64,000 bases of DNA from Stylophora pistillata (taxonomy: Eukaryota), in contig NW_019217922.1 in NCBI RefSeq assembly GCF_002571385.2, positions 363,096 through 427,095 of the forward strand. Direction: 5' to 3'. Shown in pieces: positions 35,368 through 59,400 of this stretch. Numbering within the stretch: the first letter of the stretch is position 1; every line of letters begins with the position of its first letter. The translations under genes and the position numbers were made by a program. The notes under the pieces were generated by a model, which worked only from the letters and a program-made list of their open reading frames with translations, did no database searches and was not told the origin of the DNA.

Positions 35368-37387
35368 CACTATGAAGTAGCGGGTTCATCTACGATAAGT
35401 CCGGCACTCTGTCGAAGACGAAAAATCACATCATACTAAAGTGCGTTTAGTTGGAATCAGTCTGGGTTGAGAATTATTGAGATATTGTTAGGAAACATTA
35501 GTTTTGGAGTTTTCTCGCTTCGAAATACTTTGATTTTCATCTTAGCTATTCGGCCAAGTCACATATTAATCGCTACATTTATAGTAATGGGAACAAGAGT
35601 ATCATCATTTACGGGCTAATTCATCTAGGGTAGGGTAGGTAAACCATACGCGTACTGTTCACATCTTATTTTAATCCCAGTAGTTTTCTGCGCAAGAGAT
35701 CTCCTCTAATTCTTAAACAATATATTACTGACAACCGAAAGTACGATGAGAATTCCCTGGTATTGTTGGTAAATTACTTTCGGTGCTTGTATTAGTGAGT
35801 TGAAAACATGTTTTATAGCGAGGGCGTTCCTAGAGACCGTAAAATTTTTCTGAAATTTTTTTCTTTGGTTTCCAAAAGTAACGCAAAACTGAGGTAAAAT
35901 AAAAAAAAAAGTTTTTTTGCAGACTAGAAAACTGTAGCAGAACAAAGCAATCAGAAAGACAGAAAAAGTGCCCTTGAAGTTGAAAATTGTCATGAATTTT
36001 ACCAGCAACTTAAGTGTTTGTTGAATAAGGTATAATTATTGAGTAATGACATGTATTCAGCGTCAAATGAACACACCCGCGGCTTTTGGACTCGAAATAA
36101 ACTCGGAATAAATGAGAAATTCAAACTCGTCGATGAATGCTGTCACTCATTTGATAGCCTGTTTGGCGTTTATTGGCTGTCAAGTTACAAAGAAATCGTG
36201 AATGCTTAATAAAGTCGTGAAAGTTCAAAAGTGTTCTGGATTGATCCAACGACAATTTTTAGTGGAATAAGCGGCTGTAACAGTGAAACAGTTCCTCAGT
36301 CTGTTGTCCACTGAGCGAGGTAAATGAATCGAAATACATTTTAAAAGTAAAAATAAATACGTCAGTAGAAGAATTTTAAAAAGTTATTTTAGTTCTTAAA
36401 GGATTGGGAAGGAAGGATAAAAATCGTTGGTTACAGGCCACTAACACACTTTGGCGAACCAATTAAAATCCAGAATTTTGCACAGCACACGAAGTGTGAA
36501 TAATACTGGGGTTCCAGGTGCGATCAACAGCAGGAAATACGCAGGACTAGGGTAGGAAACCTGTACTGCAAGCACGAGCGAATTTTACTTGAGTCTGAAG
36601 GTGGCATATTTTGGAGAAAAGTGTACAATATCTCGCTGGGAATAATTAAATAGATTTTAAATTGCAATAGGTGGAAGGCACTTTTTGTAGAATAAACACT
36701 GATAACTGTGGATATATGAGTAGTCGTGAATTCTTGTGTTCTTTTCTCTCTTTTTCTGTACACCATATCAAAATCAAGACTCTTACGTTATCATTCGTAA
36801 CTTCTTTCGAGGGAGATTTTACAAATGATAAGTAGTAAATTACAGCATTCTTCTCGGTCTTAGTATTCGAATTAGTGGGAGGTCCCATTGTAGAGAATGG
36901 ACTATGTTAACAAGAATCATGGAAATGCTCAATAGAAGCCTTTGAATAGGCTCCTATTGAAAGGACCGATAACAGTGGACTCCCACTTCCAACTCCATTC
37001 GTCTCTTCGTTCTTTTTGTTCCCCCTTTTCGTGACGACCTATTCTCGACTGGCGAGTACGTTCACAGGCTACACGTACCCAGCCGACCCCATTGCCTGGA
37101 AAGTAGTATGCAGTTCAAAGGTGGAGGTCCACTAGCGGCTACATCTTGAAGCAAATGATAAAACTTTATCCCGTGTGTATTATCTACGACAAATAACCAC
37201 CTACTTTCATGTGAGTGATAAGTTTTTAGATCGCGCAGCAAATATTGATTCTAAGCTACGAGACTGGAAATTTGACCGGAAGTAGTGACCCTCAGGAAAA
37301 TCATTCTCCGGAAGTTGACTGAGGAAACGGTGTATCTTATCATTTCCAGTCTCTCTCCGTAATTAACAAAGAGCTAAGGTGTTTAAA

Positions 37388-49287
<11,900 letters not shown>

Positions 49288-50668
49288 TACTTGGGTTTTA
49301 AATATAATTATTCAGGAGAAGTTTGTCTTGTTTGAAAATATCCATTCCAGAAGATATCTCTTGGCCCATGACCATTGCTAAGAGGATTTTGTCTGCTATA
49401 GAAGCTGACAATGAACTGGTACTTGATTGTGAAAAATAAAAGATCAACAACTCCTGGGTGTTCAAACAGCAAAGGCAAAACATGAATCTAACATTGCAAG
49501 TACAAATAGTCAATTTCCTCCTAACAGCTTTGGCTTATGAAATCCTGTGATATGTTAACCGGAGAACCTTCCTTTGGCTAGGTATGAATATTTTTTTCAA
49601 CCACAAAGGCACATTTTTGGCCTTTTGTTGGTTTGAGAACAATCTGTCAAAGGAAATTTGAAAGCAATAACAAACAGTTCCCAAGGGGAAATAATGACAG
49701 GAAATAAATCTCTTTATTTTTGTTCATGATCAACAGCTGCAATTATAGTCTTCCACATCTTAAGCTAATGTTATAGTATCTCATCTTTTTCCACTGTTCA
49801 TTTATAATGAGAAACTTTCCCATGAGAGGAGTAATTAGATAATGCAGTCTAATGATGTATAGAAGCCAAATGGGCCCATGTTAAGACGATGTCAAAAAAA
49901 GAGGTTAACGTCAACATAGAAAAGTACCTTTGAGCCAGCATCCATGATATTGATATTTATTGTAAAACAAACATTTCAAAGAGTTACTTTTATTGTATCT
50001 CAATTCATATACCAAAGTAATGTTTTATGCCTCCTTACAGTGAGCCACAAGAAAGAGTTACTAAAAATATTGAGGGAAATTATTTTCAATTTGTAATTAC
50101 ATTGTATACAACACGAATTTATCATTCAACTATAAAGTTATGAAATGAATTTAAATAAAGTACATTTAGCCTATAAAAGATAGAAATTATTAAATATACC
50201 TTGCCACAATTTCTCAGACTGTTTTCAAATTAAGGTTACTTCAAATGGATATTGTCTTCAGTGGTAAAAATACATGTATGAACAAGGTAACATCAGAAAT
50301 TACCTTAAATTTGCAACTGGAGTTAAATTTCCTTGTACAATAAAGATTATTTTGCATTACATATGACAGTCTTATTTTTGATTTGTTTATAACTTTAATT
50401 TAATAATACTTGAGTTATTTTAAAATCTGTGTTTTACAAGTATTCTTTTACGAAGTACAAGATCATATTTCACCTTGCATTTTCATTGTAATGATTTTCC
50501 CTAAAAAATAATGCAAAATTGACTGGTAAATTGTCAGTAATGATAAGTTCTCTACTAGCTTTGAAGCCAACATGAGATACTTAGAGAATTTAATCATTAA
50601 GAGTTTGTTCAATTATTCTTCAAGGTAATTTTTAAAATGGTCATCTTCCATCCTTTCTGTACATCAGA

Positions 50669-53008
50669 TTACTCTATAAGTCCAAGATCTTTAAGAATCT
50701 GGGAAACTGTACTTGTCTTCAGCGCATACATGGCAGATGCAACACTGAATTTGCCTGTGGCTATTAGCACAGCCACTGGTACCACCTGATCCATAACAGT
50801 TCCTCTGGCTACATGCTCAGAAATGTGTAGACTGAAAACATCATTGATGGAATCCCTTCTGTATATTGCCTTGAGAACAGCATGCAAAGCACATTCCTGG
50901 TCAGTTCTAGCAAAAGTAGAAACAATAGATTTTGCTCGATGGAATAACTTGCTGTTACTAACTTTTACATCAATCATGAGACCTCTTAGGACCTTTCCTT
51001 TCAACACATGGGCTCCTGTTGAAATTGCATTGAGAATCCATTTAATAGAAATCTCTTGGAGACACTGGTTCAAAAATTCACTGAGTAATACTGTATTTGA
51101 TGAACTCTTTTCATTGAGGCATCCTGTTGGATGATTTAGCTCCACATGGATGACATGCTTGAAAAGATTCCACAATTCACTTTTTTTCTTATGCATGATG
51201 CCAATTAATTGTGTGCCTTTCCCTTTAATCAGATGAATCAATTGAGTAACTTGCCGAAAGGCCTTGTTATCAGAAGAAATTAATACTACTGTGTCATTTA
51301 TGGTCAGTTCAGGTAAAAAAATGCTTTGAAAATCCTCCAGGGAGATGCAAAGCTTTTTGGAACCATTAAGCATTAGCTCTCCTTCTCTGTTGTTCAGAGC
51401 ATTGTACCCTTCTGCTATGAAGCCTCTCACATCATCAAAGTTAGCACTAAATGTAGGGACACACTCAGAGGCATCCAAAAGACCCATAAATCCTTCTGAT
51501 CCCCATCCAATATAGAAAACATGGCCATTAGACTTGAGGCTCTCTGCAGCTAGCTCAAGAGCACGTGCAATACTAGAACAATTTAAGTAAGTTCTTCTGT
51601 ACATGTTCTCATACATCAGAAGAATTTCAGGCAGTGTGTTGAGCATTGATCTTGGCTGGGAGACTGAGGCGTGTGCTTTAACTAAAATCGACTCCAAAAG
51701 TATCTTAGTGGCCCTTCCTCCTTTCATACGCGATGACCCTGTAATGGCTTCTGGGCCAACAACTGGATTAACAATGATCCCTTTGTCATTGGCTGTGAAC
51801 ATAATTAACCAAATTTGATCAATACTGACAACACAACATATAACTGGTTATGCAAAGCAGTTGCTGAGATAATGTTTTGTCTAGATGTGTTTAAGCAAGC
51901 CACGTTCATTATTGGAAAAGTATGCCATGCCTTACATTAGTATTAAATTTTAGTTTCACCCTTTAACTCTTAAGAGCAACTGGCTTTTCTTTTCTACCAA
52001 CAATATCACCCCTTGATCAAACATGAAGGTCGCAAGAATGAAGTTAAAAAAAATGATGACTACCAACTAAAGCAGCTCTTGATTGTTAAACAAGTTCTCA
52101 GTACCTTCCAAAATGTATAGAGAACAGTATGGAGAATATGCATATTGATGTTAGGGTGTAGAGGGTAAAGCCTTAAGCCTAAAACTCCACAACACCTTAA
52201 CAATGCTTAGGCAGTGCAATACTACATTGTGTGAGGCTGAAAATTGACAGGGTACAGGCACTGCTTTAGTTCATAAGGTAACCGTAATTCTCCAACTATT
52301 AAATGTGCAGAAGGGGAGCTGGAGGAGAAGAATCGAAGAATCGTCGGGAATCTCCTCACCTTCTAATGCATTGGCAACATCGAAAAACGACTTATCCCAT
52401 TGTTCTATTGGGTTTTTCCTTGCCTGGTGTACAGGATTGAATCCCAAAAGAACGGGAATAAAGATATCACTGTGTCTCATGCAGCACTCTAACTGTCCAG
52501 CTACATAAGGCGCAGAAAGACCACATGTTATACCGATAAACAATACTCGTTTCTTATGACGAGACAACTGTATCAAATCTTCTTCGCCTTTTTTCCAGTC
52601 ATCTTCTGGCGCTTCTTGTGATGTAAACAGGGAAATGTCGCCACCTGCAATAAGATAATCGTAACACGCTGAGATCTGCTGGGCTTTGGCGAGCTGGGAA
52701 AATTTGTGAGCCAGAAAATAGGCTAGCCTTCCAGATGTACCACAACCGCTAAGAACTATGGCTTTGTCGCCACTGCTGTCTTGTATAATCTCTTTCGCTT
52801 TCTCCGCAACTTTATCCATCGCATATATAGTATTCTCGTCAAAGACACTTGGAAAGTCTTTCCAGCCGGAAAATATCTGAGCGTCGCATTGACGAAGAGT
52901 TCTTGCAATGTCACTTGCAGTGCCAACATCGATGTCAATTGCAAGCTCATTTCGGAGTTCAGTGATTGGTATTATACCCTCTTTAGAATATTCCTTTCTT
53001 ACACTCAT
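50669..53008 (-). CDS. GCKR: Glucokinase regulatory protein-like (tandem SIS domains, MurQ-related), 2 exons (53008-52360, 51792-50669), 590 aa
   Basis: Motifs PITE..N, LRQCDAQIF, VLSGCGTSGRLA, LIAGGD, EAPEDD, IGITCGLSAPYVAGQL, PVLLGFNP, VGPEAITGSSRMKGG, KWILNAISTGAHVLKGKV and MIDVKVSNSKLFHRA. A phase-1 GT-AG intron joins the two long ORFs. Confidence 0.9.
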
Positions 53009-53499
53009 CTTTACTTGCTAAAGGAGTTTATTCAAGATCTCCCACAAAAAAAAATTTAGAATGATTAAAAAGGAGATCAGCTGACTTTTTCGCGGATTTC
53101 GAAAGCTATCGGTAAGAAGTGTTACGCTCTACAAGAACCAAATCAGTCAAGCATTGTCAGCAGCCTTGGGTCTTTACCCAGGGAGGAGTGGTAGAATCAG
53201 TGGTTTAAAATGCAAGTTGTAGAGAAAGGTGAAATTTGAACAAGGATTTTCATTACTCTTTTCCGTGCCTTCACATCAATTTTCAAAATTTTAAAAAAAA
53301 AACTACTTTAAAGGAAGGAAAAAAGTCAACCTATAAAAGTCATCTTCTGCCAGCAAGAAGTACTACCCCTCCTACCCCTCGAGCCCTGGAGGTTTTGGAC
53401 CGCGACTTCTATCCCAGACAGCATTTCAAGCACACATTGTACAGCGGCCATCTTGGATCGTCGTCTACCCGGTTCGTCAGTCTGAAGTTTTATCGCGAA
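53009..53499. promoter_or_regulatory. Bidirectional promoter region GCKR/ATP5PD
   Basis: Divergent start codons about 490 bp apart. GCGGCCATCTTG (YY1-like) at about 53444-53455. Confidence 0.55.
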
Positions 53500-56400
53500 A
53501 TGGCAGCAAGAAGGATTGGGAAGTATGTTCCAGACTGGATTAAACTGGCGACAAAATGCCCCGAGGAAGGGAAACCTGTTTTCAATAGAATGAGAACCAA
53601 ATATGAGAATTTAAAAACACGGTGAGTTGTTACAACCAATACAATATGTCTTGCCTAACTTTTGCAGTATGAGGTACATTGAACAAGCTTTGAAGAGTAA
53701 AGTTGACATCGACGTTAATTGGTATTAGAAGAGTCAGGAAGACCTAAAAAGTTTGACTGTTGTGTTAAATTTTATTTAAAACACAACGTACCCTTGCAAA
53801 TAGGCCATAATGCCATTTTCACATACATGTCATGGCTTGAATAATATTGTTAGACTGAGCCTTGGCAAACGGTACTTGATATTGCCTCGAGATCACAATT
53901 AAAAGACATTTTAGGAAGAAATTTCCAAAAATTGCAAAAAACAAAAACAAAAACAAAGCAAAATACAGAATGCAAAATACAGAAAGCAAAATACAGAATG
54001 CAAAATACAGAACGTATTTAATTAGTATCTATTGGAGTTCTCTCTCTCTCTCTTGGCCCCCACAGAATTGATACAGTTGCACCTAAACCAGAGCCAATTC
54101 ACTGGGACTGGTATGCCAAGAATATAACTAAACCAGGAATGGTTGAAGCCTTCAGGAAAGCTGTAAGTAACATTAAAATCAATATAAGGGTTAAGAGAGG
54201 CTGACAAGGATATAATTTGTTATAATTCATCCACATTTCCAAGCCCTGGTCATCATCTGCCATCTTCAGAAATACTTTCATTGAACTGAATATTTAGGAA
54301 AGCTATGAATGTTGAAGAACAGTTTGTGTTGAAAGGATAAAGTAAAGTGTGTGGATTTACAAATTTGTACATTTTTTATACTGGTGGTATCTGTTTGATA
54401 TATATATATATATACATTAGTTGAAGAATCAAAGAGGTCACATTGATTCTCTGTTACTCTGAGTTTCGCGCCGAAGCACTTGTCAGACAGAATTTTATTC
54501 AATAAAGAACATACCTCCTTATATATAGTAGTTAATTAATTCGCTGGTGCAATGAAATAAATGAATGAATAACTATTCTCTGGGGCTATTGTTGGCGGCT
54601 TGTGAAATTTGATAAGTAAAATTTATTCTCATGTCGGCATTTAGAAATAAGTTCTGTTCTTTTGTTTAATAAAGACAGCTTCTTAGCTCTAATTAGATAA
54701 AGTTCCTCTGTGAGGCACAAGTGGCACCACTTGCTTTTGTTGTTGTAGGCCGGGGCGGTTGCTAAAATACTCCAGTTAATTGTGAAGTTGGTGTTGCTGT
54801 CTTTGAGTGTCCAGATATACTTTCATAACTCCGTGCTGCTTGATTATTTTCTGTTTCGAAAAGAAAGCTTGTGCTGCGTGTAGCGTTGTTTAAAGGTTCC
54901 TTCTGTTGGTCCAATGTAATTCTTTCCGGTTGTCATTTTCAGTTGATACGTTGACGTTGTAGATGACACTTGAAGTGAGGCAGTTGTTTTTCAGAGGGCA
55001 GTCGTTTTTTTTCCTGCAGTTACAGTTGTTTTCTGTAGGGGGTGTCTTGCTTGTCTCAAGGATTTTCCTGTTGTGTTTCTTAATTATGGTTTGTAGGTTG
55101 TCAGTGCAGTTATAGCTAACTTTTATGCTGTTTTTGTTGAAGATACATACATACATACATACATACATACATACGTACATACATACATACTTGATTGTAA
55201 CTCCCTAAAAAGGGTTTTTCAGTCACGAGGCTAGAAAATCTTGTTGTACCGGTGATTTTTTGGAAAATGCTTGCTGATGAGGTTCAGAAATTCTCTGCCG
55301 ATGTTTGTTTGCACTTCATGCTGTAGGGCAGATTAAACCAAATTATGTTTCTTTGTCTGCTTTTGTGGTTGCAAGTTTTAGGTTTCTTGTGTTGGTGTAG
55401 GTTAGTTTTTAGCCATGTCTGCTTTGTTTGAGTGCACTTTCATAGTGTGGCTTGGTTTTATTGAAGAGTTCTTTACTTGAGGAGATGTCGGAGATGCATC
55501 GGCCGATTGCTGCAGGTATGTGTTTTATTATTGTTGGCGGGTGGTTTGAATTGGTGTTGATGTTAAGGGTTTCGTTATTGGGCTTTTTGTATGGATAGTG
55601 GCTTCTGTCCACGAGGTTTAGGGTGACATCAAGGAAGTTGCAGATTTTGAGGTTTGTGCTTATGTTGATGTTCAGGCCTAGTTTCTGGAATTCACGTGTG
55701 ATGTCCTTTCTGGTCCTTTCAGATTGTGGTCCACTTGTGTTTCTTAGAAGCACCAGCCCATCATCTCTGTTGAGTCCTACGTTGTTCTTGCTGTATTTTT
55801 CGCCAGGGTTGTTCAGGAGGAAAAGTTCGATAAGCTCGCAAATTTCAGCTCCGTCAAAGCTGCCCATGGTGACGTCGAACATGCTGCTATGGTTTTTTTT
55901 GGTCCAGGTGGTCTTGTTGTCAAATAAAAGCGATTTTCAGCAGTGCATGATTATTTCAATGTCTTTGTCGCTAATTGTGGTGTAATTCTTGGCAAAAGAA
56001 ATTGCGCTAGAGAGAAGAGATTCTGTGATGGATGGGTAGAAGCTGTCGATGTCGAATGAGGTGAACGAATGCTTTTGCTTGCTGGGTATGCCTGTGAACC
56101 AATTAATTACATCTGATGTGTTTTTTTACTGGTTGAGCTTCATTGTTTTTCTGATTTTTGAGTTGATGTTGGGGAGAGTTTGTTTGCTGACTTTTCCCAG
56201 TTCACTTTTTGCGGGGTTTATGAGGCTGCATGTAGGGTGGCTGGCGAAGTTGTCTTTCTGATCTTTTAGGGTGATAAAAGCTTGTAGTTTTGCGATCTGT
56301 TCTGCGCAGTTATTGATTTTGAGCTCTTGGGCGATGGATTTTGCTTGTGAGTCAGTGACGTTAGCGGTGTCGGTGCTGGCTTTCTTGTAGGTGGTTGTGA

Positions 56401-59400
56401 TGCTGTCCCTCAGGAGTTTGTAGTGATGCGTCTTGTCAAGCTTGTAAAAGTTTGAGGTCTTATCCGCAGGGCTGAAGGCTTTAGTTGATTTCTTGATTTT
56501 GTTGATGTCTTGGTTGAGATTGTTCTGGAATTTGTTATTGACGTTTCTAAACTTTATACATATGATGCACGATCCTCGCAGTAGATAGCGCTATTTAAGC
56601 AAAAGCGAAAATCAGACCTGAAAAAAATCAGGCCTGTANAAAATCAATCTTTCAGCATGATGACTGTGCACTCATTGGGGGGTCTTTTCAATGTGATCAG
56701 GGAAGAAGAGATTGCTGAAGACAGAATCCTGTTGTGTAGTCCTGCCTTTTCTTTCTGTTTTGTTTTGCTTTTGTTGTTGTCTAGCTGTTTTCCAATTGTC
56801 TGCTCTCATGACCAAACTAAAAGTCCAAACTTATTAAACTTATTAAACTTATTAATGAAACTTATTAATGAAAGGAGGTTATCTTTCATATAATTTGAAT
56901 AGCAGGGGTATTTTGTGGCAAGCAAGTGTTAAATATTGAAATGAAATGTTAAAGCCACCTTACTGGATAGGTAAGAACAAAGAGAGCCTGAAGGGAACAA
57001 ACCAGTGAAGTGGAAAGGAGGTCAGGAAGTAGTGAAAGTTTTTCACTCTTGCTGAAACCTAATAGATATAGAACATATTTTTGCAATAAATCCAAGCTTC
57101 CCTCAATCATAGACATCTAATATGGTGGCTTCAACAGTAATATGGAATATGTATTCATCAATTGCTGGAAAATATATATGTAAACAAGTCATTGGTAATA
57201 TAATTTTTATTATTAACATTATTCTCATTAATAAGTAGTTTCTCAGAAATCGACTTTGAAATAAAAGATAGCGCTAAGAAGTCACGATCTTTCGACCTCT
57301 CTGAGGTCATTTTCAAGTGAGTAAGTTTTCCAAATCAGCATAAATATGTAGAAGCAAGTTGAAGATGATAAAATGTGGCGAACACTAAAATTATGAAAAA
57401 GTGTAAACAATATATAATGGAAGAGAATAAAATACACATGTTGACACTTACACCAACGAATTGAAGAACACAAAGGATCGGCAATGGGACACCACCTCAG
57501 AGAGCAGCACGACCTGGAGCCAGAAGACATCACACAGAGTTTTTGAATTTTAAGGAAGTGTCAGAACAAATTTGACTGTCTTGTTTTTGAAATGTTTTTT
57601 AACAAAGAACTGAAACCAACACTAAACAAACAGTGGGATTTAATTCGCGCTAAACTATTTGTTTAGAACAATTGGTGCTACAATTATTTTATTCTTTTAT
57701 TCCTTTATTCTTTTATTCTCTTCCATTGTATATTGTTTACACTTTTTCACATATTTTAGTGTTCACCACATTTTATCGTCTTCAACTTGCTTCTACATAT
57801 TTATGCTGATTTGGAAAACTTACTCACTTGAAAATGACCTCAGAGAGGTCAAAACGTTGTGACTTCTTAGTGCTAGCTATTATTCTCATTCTCATCATTG
57901 TCATCATCATTTTTTATTAGGTTTGTTTCATAGTTTTATTAGTTGAATAATTATTTTTTTATTTGACAGGAGGAATATTACATTGAAGGTAGGAAGGAAG
58001 CAGATGAATTGATTGCAGAGTGTGAGGCTGAGGTATGTTTATAAGTGAATAAAGGCTGATAGTTTCGAAAGAAACTGTTTGGGGTTGCCTCGGTGGGGTA
58101 ACGAAATAATTTGGATATATCAACAAAGTTGAAATGGTAAATTGGCCACCGTAATGATTACAAAAGCTGACGTTTCGAGTGTTAGCCCTTCGTCGGAGCG
58201 AATAGAGGAATTGTGGGTTGTGTGTGCTTTTAAAGGCAGAAAATGGAGCTACGTTATTGGTGCCTTTAAAAGCACACACAACCCACAATTCCTCTATTCG
58301 CTCCGACAAAGGGCTAATGCTCAAAACGTCAGCTTTTGTAATCGTTACAGTGGACAATTTACCATTTCAACTTTGTTGAAATATCCAAATTATATATGAT
58401 TATAAGTGTTTCGATAAACACTTAATTTTTTTAAATCAAAAATTAACTTTCAGTTGATATGAGCAATAAATTTCTTAACACTTTCCAAAAAGTGTTATTT
58501 TGGTTTTGCTTCAATGGAAAATGGGGAAAATCCTGTTTTACCTTAAGTGAAAAAAAAATTGGCAAAAAAAATAAACAAATTCCCCCAAACTAAAATTCAA
58601 GCATGTTTAAGGACTCACGAGTCTCAAGGACAATGTAAATCTAATGAAAGTAACCCTGGTAGCTACTCTTTCAGTGATGAACCACATTTTTCATTGGATT
58701 GGCAGCTAGTACACCAAGCGGAGTGTTGGGAGTGTTCTCCCAACATCCCAAGTGGAGTCTTTAGCTGGTAAAGTGATAGAAGGTGGGAAGAATACTTCAA
58801 TTTGAATGGGAAAAATGCTATTGTTGTGGCCAGAATTGGCTTACCATTGTGATTAAGATCTGATTATCTGTGAGGGAATTTTTTTAAAGTGTGCCATCCT
58901 AGGAAGCAGTTTTCATATTATCTCAAGGTTTTCAGGGAAATGAAGGTCAGTTGTAAAATTGCAACTGGTGACATTTATTTTGATTGTGTGTTAACAGTAA
59001 ATTCTTTAACAACAGTATTTGGAGTGGCAAAATCAAAAGACAATTAAATGAAAGCTGAAATTGCAGATAACAAAGAGAATTGCAATGAATCTTGAGTATA
59101 CATTCACTTTGCCAGTGCTTTTTTCTCTCAACAGTGGGTAAGATTTTCAGTAAATATCTAAATGAAAATCCTGTCAGAAAATCACAATTTTCTTGCAGCA
59201 AAAACATGCCAACTTTTTCTTCTTGGCAAGCAACTTGGGGAATTCTAGAAGAGAATTTCTGAAGTTCTCTCACTTAAACAGCCCGGTGAAAAATAAACGC
59301 TTAAAAGAGAGCAACCAGTTTGTCAAACTGAGTTTGATCATGTTAGAACAATAAAATCTTTGTTGTGGTTTTTGGCATTCAAAGTGTCGTACATAGATTC

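Noticed and set aside
36480-36900. Small gene between TMF1 and RINT1 (ORFs 36524-36766 and 36646-36888)
   Set aside because: No recognisable motifs or consistent splice structure.
50669-53008. Recent bacterial horizontal transfer or contamination of a murQ gene
   Set aside because: It has the duplicated-SIS GKRP architecture, a spliceosomal intron and host-like base composition, and it sits between host genes.
57282-58399. Pairs of near-identical ORFs on opposite strands (57282/57659, 57959/58142; also 2203/3029)
   Set aside because: They arise from inverted repeats, not from duplicated genes.
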